From contig NZ_CP134062.1 of NCBI RefSeq assembly GCF_031583025.2, positions 4,653,234 to 4,685,233 of the forward strand: a stretch of 32,000 nucleotides of DNA, written 5' to 3'. The stretch's first letter is position 1; every line of letters begins with the position of its first letter. The DNA is from Mycobacterium sp. Z3061 (GTDB taxonomy: Bacteria; Actinomycetota; Actinomycetes; Mycobacteriales; Mycobacteriaceae). Position numbers and translations under genes: made by a program. Below, piece by piece: positions 1 through 8,247 of this stretch. The notes below the pieces were generated by a model. It was not told the origin of the DNA. It worked only from the letters and a program-made list of their open reading frames with translations, and did no database searches.

Positions 1-2102
1 CCTTCCTCGGCATCAGTTTCGCCAGGATGGGGGTGTTCTCATCGGTGGGGGTGTCCTCGGCGATCGGCGTCGGCGTGGCGTTCCTGGCGGCGGTCACCCT
101 GCTGCCGGCCATCCTCGTGGTGGCCGGTCCGCGCGGCTGGGTCAAACCCAGGCGCGAGCTGACCGCCACATTCTGGCGGCGTTCCGGGATTCGCATCGTG
201 CGCAAGCCGAAGACCCACCTGGTCGCCAGCGTGCTGGTGTTGATCATCCTGGCGAGCTGCGCGGGTCTGGTGCGCTACAACTACGACGACCGCAAGGCCG
301 TGCAGGCGTCCGCCCCGAGTTCGGTCGGCTACGCCGCGCTGGACCGGCATTTCCCGGTGAATCAGTCCATCCCCGAATACATCCTGGTCCAGTCGCCGCA
401 TGATCTGCGCACACCGCGGGCGCTGGCCGACTTGGAGCGGATGGCAGACCGGGTCAGTCAGCTGCCGAACATCGCGGCGATCACCGGTATCACGCGGCCT
501 ACCGGGGCGGTGCCCGAAGAGTTCCGGGCCACCTACCAGGCGGGCGCCATCGGCGCGCGGCTGGGCGAAGGGTCGACAGTGATCAGCGACCACAACGACG
601 ACCTGAACAGGCTGGTCAAAGGGGCCGACACGCTGGCTGACAATCTTGGCGACGTGCGGGGCCAGGTCAGCCAGATGGTGTCTGGCATGCAGGGTCTGCT
701 CGACTCGTTCTCGTCGATGCGAACCCAGTACGGCGGCGACAAGCTGGTCAAAGAGGTTGCGACCGCGGCCAAGCTCGTCAACAGCATAAATTCGCTCGGC
801 AACTCCATGGGGTTGAGCTTCACCGCCGTGAAGGACATGTTCGCCTGGGTGGCGCCGGTGCTGATCGCGCTGCAGGGCAACCCGGTTTGCGACCTCGACA
901 CCTCGTGCAGCGCCACCCGGGCGCAATTCGAACGGGTGGTAGCCGCACGCAACGACGGAAGCCTCGACGAGATCAACGATCTGGCCCGCCAGCTGGAGAC
1001 GTTCCAGGACCGGCAAACCCTGAACGCGACGGTGGACCGCTTGCGCAGCACCCTGAACGGGCTCACCAAGGCAATGCATGCCATGGGGCTGGACCAGCCC
1101 GGCGGCATGCAGTCGGGCCTCAACAACCTCCAGCGCGGAGCCGACCGGGCCGCGGGCGGAAGCCGGCAGGTTGCCGACGGGGTGGAACAACTCGTCGGCC
1201 AGGTCAAAGAGATGGGTGCCGGCCTGGCCGAGGCCGCCGCGTTCCTGCTGTCTCTGAAAAATGATGCGGCCGAACCGTCGATGGCGGGCTTCAATATTCC
1301 GGCTCAGCTGCTGCGCATGGACGAATTCAAGAAGGCGGCCCGGATATTCATTTCGCCGGACGGGCACTCGGTTCGCTACCTGGTCCAAACGAAACTCAAC
1401 CCATTCAGCTCCGAAGCGATGGATCAGGTCAACGCCATCACCGACGCCGCGCGCAGCGCCCAGCCGAACACGGCATTGTCGGACGCGTCAATTTCGATGG
1501 CGGGATACCCCGTCTCGCTGCGCGACACCCGCGACTATTACCAGCACGATATTCGTTTCATCATCGCCGTCACGCTCATCGTCGTGTTATTCACCCTGAT
1601 GGCATTGCTGCGTGCGGTTGTCGCGCCGCTGTATTTGGTGGGTTCGGTGGTGGTGTCGTTCTTGTCGGCGGTCGGAATGGGCGTCCTCGTCTTTCAATTC
1701 CTGCTCGGCCAGCAATTGCACTGGTCGGTGCCGCCGCTGGCTTTCGTGGTCCTGGTCGCGGTAGGCGCCGACTACAACATGCTTTTCATCTCCCGAATGC
1801 GGGACGAGTCGCCGGGCAGCGTGCGTTACGGCGTCATCCGGGCCCTGAGCTCGACCGGCGGTGTAATCACAGCCGCGGGCCTGATCTTCGCCGCCTCCGT
1901 AGGTGGCCTGCTGTTTTCCAGCATCGGCACCGTGGTCCAGGGCGGTTTCGTGATCGGCGTCGGCATTCTGCTGGATACCTTCCTGGTGCGGACCATCACG
2001 GTGCCGGCCGTGGCCACGCTGATCGGACGGGCCAGTTGGTGGCCCTCGAAACTAAGCAGGGGGCCGAGCATGCGGCGGTCGCTGTCCGGACGCGCCGGGT
2101 GA
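1..2102 (+). CDS. MmpL-family RND lipid transporter; the 5' end lies outside the window and about 700 C-terminal codons are present
   Basis: Frame 3 is open from nt 3, with no stop before the Met at 27 used by the ORF track. The product has a long helical periplasmic insertion followed by the second transmembrane bundle, with MmpL hallmarks ([43 protein letters not shown]). Stop codon at 2100-2102. Confidence 0.9.
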   Translation, partial: FLGISFARMGVFSSVGVSSAIGVGVAFLAAVTLLPAILVVAGPRGWVKPRRELTATFWRRSGIRIVRKPKTHLVASVLVLIILASCAGLVRYNYDDRKAVQASAPSSVGYAALDRHFPVNQSIPEYILVQSPHDLRTPRALADLERMADRVSQLPNIAAITGITRPTGAVPEEFRATYQAGAIGARLGEGSTVISDHNDDLNRLVKGADTLADNLGDVRGQVSQMVSGMQGLLDSFSSMRTQYGGDKLVKEVATAAKLVNSINSLGNSMGLSFTAVKDMFAWVAPVLIALQGNPVCDLDTSCSATRAQFERVVAARNDGSLDEINDLARQLETFQDRQTLNATVDRLRSTLNGLTKAMHAMGLDQPGGMQSGLNNLQRGADRAAGGSRQVADGVEQLVGQVKEMGAGLAEAAAFLLSLKNDAAEPSMAGFNIPAQLLRMDEFKKAARIFISPDGHSVRYLVQTKLNPFSSEAMDQVNAITDAARSAQPNTALSDASISMAGYPVSLRDTRDYYQHDIRFIIAVTLIVVLFTLMALLRAVVAPLYLVGSVVVSFLSAVGMGVLVFQFLLGQQLHWSVPPLAFVVLVAVGADYNMLFISRMRDESPGSVRYGVIRALSSTGGVITAAGLIFAASVGGLLFSSIGTVVQGGFVIGVGILLDTFLVRTITVPAVATLIGRASWWPSKLSRGPSMRRSLSGRAG

Positions 2103-2155
2103 CGAGCGATTTAGCGGGACCGCGCGGGGTGTGCGAGACTCGCGGAACCAAGCCG

Positions 2156-2185
2156 ATCAGGCCCCGATCAGGCCCCCAATCAGGC
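2156..2185 (+). repeat. Three phased ATCAGGC direct repeats (2156-2162, 2167-2173, 2179-2185) immediately upstream of the PE-PPE hydrolase start codon
   Basis: Read directly from the sequence: ccgATCAGGCcccgATCAGGCccccaATCAGGCaggg. The repeat spacing is 11 and 12 nt. The first two 11-mers (ccgatcaggcc) are identical. Function is unknown. Confidence 0.8.
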
Positions 2186-2196
2186 AGGGAGTGGGG

Positions 2197-3300
2197 ATGA
2201 AGAAGCTACTCGCGGGAATTTCCGCGCTGGGAATTGTCGCGGCAACAGGATGTTTCGGCGGCCCGGCGGCCACCGCAGACGAAACGCCGGCCGACCCCCC
2301 TGCACCCGTCGGCGGGACGGCCTACGCGCTGGGCGGCGCGCACGTGCTGGGCATCCCGTATGACGAGTACATCCGCCGCGAAGGTGCCGAATGGTTCCCG
2401 GGCCTGCGCCGGCAGATTGTCGACTACCCCGCCGGCCAGGTGCAGGGCCATGTGCTGGGGCGTCTGTTTCCCGGCATCGGCCGGTTGGACGAAATGTTTC
2501 CCGGCCTGGGCGCGGATGGACCCAGCGTCGGCGAATCGGTCGTCATCGGGGCCGACAACCTGGATGCGGCGATCCGCCGGGGTGGTCCCGGAACGACGAT
2601 CGGCCTCTCGGAGGGTGCGCTGGTGCTCGACGCCCTGCAGGCCCGGCTCGCCAGTGACCCCACCGCTCCCCCGCCGGACCAACTGACCTTCGCCACTTTC
2701 GGCGACCCCGTCGCGCGCCATGCGTTCGGCCAGAGCTTCCTGACCGCCATGTTCCCGGTCGGCAGCGTCGTGCCCGCACTCGACTACCCGGTACCGCCGC
2801 CCGTCGAGAGCCAGTACGACACCAAGATGTTCATCTCCGCCTATGACTCGATCGCCGACTTCCCGGACCGGCCGGACAACTGGATGTCTCTGGCCAACAC
2901 CTTGGCGGGCCTGATGACCGGGCATACCGCGGTGGCGTTCACCAACCCGAGCATGGTGCCGCCGCAGAACATCAGGACGACCGTCAACTCACGCGGCGCG
3001 ACGACGACAACTTATCTGATTCCCGAGCGGCACCTTCCGCTGGTATTGCCGTTCCAGTACGCGGGGGTCCCGGAGCAGACGCTGAACGAGCTCGACGCGG
3101 TGCTGCTGCCGATGGTCAACGCGGGTTACTCGCGCAACGACGACCCGGCGACGGCTCCCATCCAGGTGGACCCCGTCATCGGCTACGACCCGGCGGCCGT
3201 CACCGCACCCGCGACCCAGGCCACCTTCGGCGGCGGGGCGGATCCGGTTTCACAGATCCTGTCCGGTGCCATGTCCGTACTGAACCGGGCTCCGCACTGA
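2197..3300 (+). CDS. Secreted or lipid-anchored PE-PPE-domain serine hydrolase/acyltransferase (Chp1/Chp2-like)
   Basis: The ORF runs 2131-3300. I prefer ATG 2197, which is preceded by GGGAG and places a signal peptide at the N-terminus ([19 protein letters not shown], with a possible lipobox ATGC or an AxA cleavage site ATA/DE). A GxSxG nucleophile motif GLSEG is present (Ser codon 2608-2610). Downstream Asp ([13 protein letters not shown]) and His ([10 protein letters not shown]) residues match the PE-PPE alpha/beta-hydrolase domain pattern. Confidence 0.8.
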   Translation: MKKLLAGISALGIVAATGCFGGPAATADETPADPPAPVGGTAYALGGAHVLGIPYDEYIRREGAEWFPGLRRQIVDYPAGQVQGHVLGRLFPGIGRLDEMFPGLGADGPSVGESVVIGADNLDAAIRRGGPGTTIGLSEGALVLDALQARLASDPTAPPPDQLTFATFGDPVARHAFGQSFLTAMFPVGSVVPALDYPVPPPVESQYDTKMFISAYDSIADFPDRPDNWMSLANTLAGLMTGHTAVAFTNPSMVPPQNIRTTVNSRGATTTTYLIPERHLPLVLPFQYAGVPEQTLNELDAVLLPMVNAGYSRNDDPATAPIQVDPVIGYDPAAVTAPATQATFGGGADPVSQILSGAMSVLNRAPH

Positions 3301-3364
3301 CGCCGCACGGCAGCGGCGATAATGGCTCCCGTCAACCGGCCGTCGACCGGCGCAAAGGAGCCCG

Positions 3365-4423
3365 ATGAGCACAGCCAGCACTGACCGTCCCCTGCGGGTG
3401 ATCCAGTGGACGACCGGAAATATCGGGCGCCGCTCCTTGCACGCCATCATCGGACGGCCCGACATGGAACTCGTCGGGGTCTACGCGCACGGGGCGGACA
3501 AGGTCGGTGTCGATGCCGCCGAGCTGGCGGGCCGGCCGGAGCCCACCGGCGTGCTGGCCACCAACGACATCGACGCGCTGATCGCGCTGGGAGCCGACGC
3601 GTGTTGTTATAACCCGTTGTGGCCCAACATCGATGAGCTGGTGCGACTGCTGGAAGCGGGGGTCAACGTGTGCACCAGCGCGGCGTGGATCACCGGCGGC
3701 AAGCAGACGCCGCGAGACCGCGAGCGCATCATCGCGGCCTGCGAACGCGGCGGTTCGACCATATTCGGCAGCGGCGCGCACCCGGGGATGACGAACATGG
3801 TCGGCATGGTGCTGTCCGCCTCCTGCGAGCGGGTCGACGAGATCCGCATCACCGAGTCGGTCGACTGCTCGACCTACGAGTCGGCGGGAACCCAGACGGC
3901 GATGGGCTTCTCGCAGGACCCGGACACGCCGGGACTGGCCGAGAGCGTGCGACGGGAAAGTGAAGTGTTCGCCGAGTCGGCCGCGATGATGGCCGACGCC
4001 ATCGGCGCCCGACTGGACCGGATGACCTTCGACGTCACGTTCACCGCTGCCACCGGTGACACCGATCTGGGCTTCATGCAGATCCCCGCCGGAACCGTCG
4101 GAGGCGTCTACGGATACCACCGCGGGTGGGAGGGCGACCGCAACGTCGTCAGCGTCGGATTCAACTGGACCATGGGCGATCACGTCGTCCCGCCCAAGCC
4201 GCTCGAGCACGGGCACGTCATCCAGGTGTTCGGGCTGCCCAATATGCGCACGGTGCTGCACTGCCTGCCGCCCAAAGACTGGACGGAGCCCGGCTTCATG
4301 GGGCTGGGCATGATCTACACCGCGATGCCGGTGACCAACGCGGTGCCCGCGGTGGTGGCCGCCAGGCCCGGCATCATGACGCTCGCCGACCTGCCGCCGG
4401 TCACCGGCCGGGTGGCACGCTGA
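3365..4423 (+). CDS. DapB-like NAD(P)-binding oxidoreductase (dihydrodipicolinate reductase N-terminal domain / amine dehydrogenase-like family)
   Basis: 352-aa ORF. The N-terminal Rossmann fingerprint is RVIQWTTGNIGRRSLHAII. The overall layout resembles mycobacterial proteins annotated as dihydrodipicolinate reductase-like. The antisense ORF 3332-4450 has an Arg/His/Gly-rich shadow composition. Confidence 0.65.
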   Translation: MSTASTDRPLRVIQWTTGNIGRRSLHAIIGRPDMELVGVYAHGADKVGVDAAELAGRPEPTGVLATNDIDALIALGADACCYNPLWPNIDELVRLLEAGVNVCTSAAWITGGKQTPRDRERIIAACERGGSTIFGSGAHPGMTNMVGMVLSASCERVDEIRITESVDCSTYESAGTQTAMGFSQDPDTPGLAESVRRESEVFAESAAMMADAIGARLDRMTFDVTFTAATGDTDLGFMQIPAGTVGGVYGYHRGWEGDRNVVSVGFNWTMGDHVVPPKPLEHGHVIQVFGLPNMRTVLHCLPPKDWTEPGFMGLGMIYTAMPVTNAVPAVVAARPGIMTLADLPPVTGRVAR

Positions 4424-4471
4424 CTGTGTCGTTGCGCACACGACCGGCACCCCGAGGAACGTTCGCGTCCA

Positions 4472-4491
4472 CTAAGGGTTAGCATACTTAG
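4472..4491 (+). promoter_or_regulatory. Imperfect dyad CTAAG-N10-CTTAG in the mmpS upstream region; candidate operator with partial resemblance to an IdeR iron box
   Basis: The sequence ctaagggttagcatacttag lies about 100 nt upstream of mmpS in an AT-richer patch. By eye, 13 of 19 positions match the degenerate iron-box consensus TWAGGTWAGSCTWACCTWA, including a GGTTAGC core. This is a weak call. Confidence 0.25.
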
Positions 4492-4594
4492 CCGAGCAAA
4501 CATTCTCCCGAATTTGTCGCGTCGGGAAGCAAGCTCCACTGTCGGGCGTTACAACCCGTCAGTTGTGGCGGGAGACTCGTAAAGGGCGGTGGCG

Positions 4595-5050
4595 ATGAAG
4601 GCTGGTGCGATCGCGGGTCCCGCTACCCGCTTCTTCAGGAGAGCGTGGATACCCCTGGTGCTGGTGGTGGTGCTGGCCGTCTCCGGACTGGTCGTGTCGC
4701 GGTTGCACAAGATCTTCGGGTCCGAAGACCTCAACGCCAACGCGGGTGCCGGCATCGAGATCGTGCAGTTCAACCCAAAGGTCGTCAAGTACGACATCTT
4801 CGGTCCGGCCGGGTCCACCGCGAACATCAACTACTGGGATGCAGATGCCAACACTCACCAGGTCAACGCGGCACCGCTGCCATGGACTTTCACCATCTCG
4901 ACGACGCTGCCCTCGGTGAGCGCCAACATCATGGCCCAGAGTGACGGCAGCCGAATCGGCTGCCGCATCACGGTCGACAACGTGGTGAAGGAAGAAAAGC
5001 AGTCCGACGGCGTCAATCCCCAGACCTTCTGCCTGGTGAAGTCGGCATGA
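4595..5050 (+). CDS. mmpS: MmpS-family membrane protein (MmpS4/MmpS5-like)
   Basis: The ORF track starts at GTG 4589. ATG 4595 has better spacing from the AAAGGG Shine-Dalgarno sequence. The product has one N-terminal TM helix (RRAWIPLVLVVVLAVSGLVV) followed by the conserved MmpS pattern: FGSE...PKVVKYDIFG...INYWDADA...LPW...CRITVDNVVKEE...FCLVKSA. Its TGA stop overlaps the mmpL ATG (ATGA at 5047-5050). Confidence 0.9.
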   Translation: MKAGAIAGPATRFFRRAWIPLVLVVVLAVSGLVVSRLHKIFGSEDLNANAGAGIEIVQFNPKVVKYDIFGPAGSTANINYWDADANTHQVNAAPLPWTFTISTTLPSVSANIMAQSDGSRIGCRITVDNVVKEEKQSDGVNPQTFCLVKSA

Positions 5051-7953
5051 GCGATCTCAACCACAGAACCGCCACCGACGACACGGCACCAATCACGGTT
5101 GCGCCCAACGAGACCCGGGAACGCGGTCACCGCCCGCTCATCCCCCACACCATCCGCATTTTCGCGGTGCCGATCATCATCGGCTGGGTGGTGCTGACGG
5201 TCCTGGTCAACGTCATCGTCCCGACGCTGGAGAAGGTCAGCGAGCAGCACTCCGCTCCGATGACGCCGGTGGACGCGCCGTCCATGGTGGCGATGATGCG
5301 ACTCGGGCACAACTTCAAGGAGTTCGACTCCAACAGCACCGTCATGATCGTGCTGGAGAGCAACAAACCGCTCGGCGACGACGCACACCGCTACTACGAC
5401 AACGTGATCCGCCAACTGCGCAAGGACCACGAGCACATCCAGCACATCCAAGACTTCTGGGGTGACCGGCTGACCGCGGCGGGAGCGCAGAGCGCCGACG
5501 CCAAGGGCGCCTACGTGATGCTGAACCTGGCCGGCAACCAGGGCACCACGTTGGCCAACGATTCCGTCGAAGCCGTCCGAAAGGTGTTGGAGCACAATCC
5601 ACCACCGCCCGGAGTGAAATCGTATGTGACCGGACCGGCGGCGTTGTCCGACGACATGCACATCATCGGCAACGCCAGCCTGGCCACCATCACGCTGTTC
5701 ACCCTCGGCGCGATCGCGATCATGCTGCTGCTAGTCTACCGATCGATCGTCACCACCCTGGTCCAGTTGTTCATGACGTTCGTGGCGCTGGCCTCCTCAC
5801 GCGGAATCGTCGCGGTCCTGGGGTATCACAACGTTTTCGGCCTCACCACGTTCGCCGCCAACATCCTGACCATGCTGGCGATCGCCGCTGGCACCGACTA
5901 CGGCATCTTCCTGATCGGGCGCTATCAGGAAGCGCTGCGCGCGGGCGAGGATCGAGAAACCGCCTACTACACCACCTTTCGCGGGGTGGCTCCCGTCGTG
6001 CTGGGATCCGGTCTGACCATCGCCGGCGCGACGTACTGCCTGAGTTTCACCCGGCTGCCCTGGTTCAACACGATGGGCGCACCGGTGGCGATCGGCATGC
6101 TGGTCGTCGTGCTGGCCGGCGTCACCCTCGGCCCCGCGGTGGTTTTCGCCGGGAGCAAGTTCCATCTGTTCGAGTCGAAGAGCACCGCCCGGCAGGGACG
6201 GATGTGGCGGCGCGTCGGCACCGCGGTAGTGCGTTGGCCCGCACCGATTCTGGCGGTCAGCACCGCTATCGTGCTGGTCGGGATGGTGGCCCTGCCCAGC
6301 TTCGTGACGAGCTACAACGACCGCTACTACCTACCGGCTTCCGCCCCGTCCAACCTCGGCCAGCAGGCCGCTGACCGGCACTTCTCGCAGGCCCGGATGG
6401 ACCCGGACATGCTGATGGTCGAGGCCGACCACGACATGCGCAACCCCGCCGACATGCTGGTGCTGGACCGGGTGGCCAAGAACGTGATGCGCACCGTCGG
6501 CATCGCCATGGTGCAGGACATCACCAGGCCGTTGGGCATCCCAATCCAGCACAGCTCCATACCTTTTCAGAACAGCATGCAGAGCCAGACAACGATGCAG
6601 AACATGGCGTTTCTGCAGGACCGCATGAAGGACATCACCAAGATGGCCGACGAGATGCAGTTCATGATCGAGACCATGGAGCGCATGTACAAGGTGACGA
6701 CGGAACTGTCCAACGCCGCCGACGACAGCGCCCGAACCACCGCCGAGACCGCCGAGATCACCAACCGGCTGCGGGACCACATCGCCGACTTCGATGATTT
6801 CTGGCGTCCGATCCGCAGCTACTTCTACTGGGAGAAGCACTGCTTCGACATCCCCATCTGCTGGTCGCTGCGTTCCCTGTTCGAGTCGCTGGACGGATTC
6901 GACCAATTGGCCGGACAGTTCGACCTCCTGACCAAAGACATCCAGCGCACGGCGAACGCCACGCACTCGATGCTGGTGCTGATCCCGCCGATGATCACCA
7001 CGATGAAGACGACCAAAGCCCTGACGCTGACCATGCAGGCGACGTTCTCGGCGATGCTGGATCAGATGAAGGCGCTCAGTGACACCGCCGTCGTCATGGG
7101 CCAGAGTTTCGACGCCTCCAAGAACGACGACTTCTTCTACCTGCCACCCGAAGCCTTCGACAACCCCGACTTCCAGACCGGCCTGCGGATGTTCCTGTCT
7201 CCAGACGGCAAGTCGGCGCGATTCTTCATCACCCACCAGGGCGATCCCATGACGCCGGAAGGGATTTCGCGGGTCGATTCCGAGCGCACCGCGGCTCAGG
7301 AGGGACTGAAGCAATCCTCGCTGTCGGACGCGAAGGTCTATCTGGGCGGCACTGCCGCGACCTTCAAAGACATGCACGACGGCGCCAAGTACGACCTGAT
7401 GATCGCGGTGGTGTCGGCGCTGACGCTGATTTTCATGATCATGCTGCTGCTCACCCGCAGCGTGGTGGCCGCGCTGGTGATCGTCGGCACGGCGGCTAGT
7501 TCCATCGCCGCGTCCTTCGGGCTGTCGGTGCTGATCTGGCAGGACCTGTTCGGCATCAAGATCCACTGGATCGTGATGGCGCTGTCGGTGATCATCCTGC
7601 TGGCGGTCGGCTCGGACTACAACCTGCTGCTGGTCTCCCGATTCAAAGAAGAAATTCATGCCGGCCTCAAGACCGGCATCATCCGGTCCATGGCAGGCAC
7701 CGGCGGGGTGGTGACCGCCGCGGGTCTGGTGTTCGCCTTCACCATGGCGTCGATGCTCGGTAGTGACCTGCGGGTGCTCGGCCAGTTCGGATCGACAGTG
7801 TGTATCGGCCTGTTGCTCGACACGTTGATCGTGCGCACGCTGCTGATGCCGTCGATCGCGACTTTGCTGGGACGATGGTTCTGGTGGCCGCAAGTGGTGC
7901 ACCCGCGCGGTTCTGACAATGTATTCATTCCAGCGAAAGCAACTGCTCGCTGA
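5047..7953 (+). CDS. mmpL: MmpL-family RND transporter, MmpL4/MmpL5-like (siderophore/drug-export clade)
   Basis: 968 aa with two 6-TM bundles (TDYGIFLIGRYQEA and GSDYNLLLVSRFKEE). A helical coiled-coil insertion contains HIADFDDFWRPIRSYFYWEKHCFDIPICWSLRS, which matches my recollection of M. tuberculosis MmpL5. The gene is translationally coupled to the upstream mmpS. Confidence 0.93.
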   Translation: MSDLNHRTATDDTAPITVAPNETRERGHRPLIPHTIRIFAVPIIIGWVVLTVLVNVIVPTLEKVSEQHSAPMTPVDAPSMVAMMRLGHNFKEFDSNSTVMIVLESNKPLGDDAHRYYDNVIRQLRKDHEHIQHIQDFWGDRLTAAGAQSADAKGAYVMLNLAGNQGTTLANDSVEAVRKVLEHNPPPPGVKSYVTGPAALSDDMHIIGNASLATITLFTLGAIAIMLLLVYRSIVTTLVQLFMTFVALASSRGIVAVLGYHNVFGLTTFAANILTMLAIAAGTDYGIFLIGRYQEALRAGEDRETAYYTTFRGVAPVVLGSGLTIAGATYCLSFTRLPWFNTMGAPVAIGMLVVVLAGVTLGPAVVFAGSKFHLFESKSTARQGRMWRRVGTAVVRWPAPILAVSTAIVLVGMVALPSFVTSYNDRYYLPASAPSNLGQQAADRHFSQARMDPDMLMVEADHDMRNPADMLVLDRVAKNVMRTVGIAMVQDITRPLGIPIQHSSIPFQNSMQSQTTMQNMAFLQDRMKDITKMADEMQFMIETMERMYKVTTELSNAADDSARTTAETAEITNRLRDHIADFDDFWRPIRSYFYWEKHCFDIPICWSLRSLFESLDGFDQLAGQFDLLTKDIQRTANATHSMLVLIPPMITTMKTTKALTLTMQATFSAMLDQMKALSDTAVVMGQSFDASKNDDFFYLPPEAFDNPDFQTGLRMFLSPDGKSARFFITHQGDPMTPEGISRVDSERTAAQEGLKQSSLSDAKVYLGGTAATFKDMHDGAKYDLMIAVVSALTLIFMIMLLLTRSVVAALVIVGTAASSIAASFGLSVLIWQDLFGIKIHWIVMALSVIILLAVGSDYNLLLVSRFKEEIHAGLKTGIIRSMAGTGGVVTAAGLVFAFTMASMLGSDLRVLGQFGSTVCIGLLLDTLIVRTLLMPSIATLLGRWFWWPQVVHPRGSDNVFIPAKATAR

Positions 7954-8247
7954 ATTGGGTCAGGCTGATTTCCACTCGCGGTCGGTGCAGGTACAAGCTG
8001 CTTGCTCATGAACGCCGCACTACCCCCGGATGTACGGCATACATCAAACCGGACTGACTGGTTCACACAACCGACTAGGCAATGTGCACAGTCGGTTTAG
8101 GCAGATTGCACAACGTTTATCGGTGGTTTGGACTTCGCGCCGGGGGCTTTTCTCAATTGCCAATAACGTTGCCCCCCTCCGATATAAGCTCGCCTCCAAA
8201 CTTGGTGACTTGCTGATTTAGTTGCGATTCGGATTTGGGGTGGACAG

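Noticed and set aside
39-7902. Antisense or overlapping ORFs within mmpL, the hydrolase, the dapB-like gene and mmpL (39-1388, 2206-2925, 3332-4450, 4855-5661, 6331-7902)
   Set aside because: These are typical high-GC shadow ORFs, Arg/His/Gly/Asp-rich. The opposite-strand products have unambiguous family signatures.
8030-8221. 63-aa ORF in the mmpL-PPE spacer
   Set aside because: Composition and codon usage are atypical of mycobacterial coding sequence. There is no RBS and no motif. The region is more plausibly regulatory.
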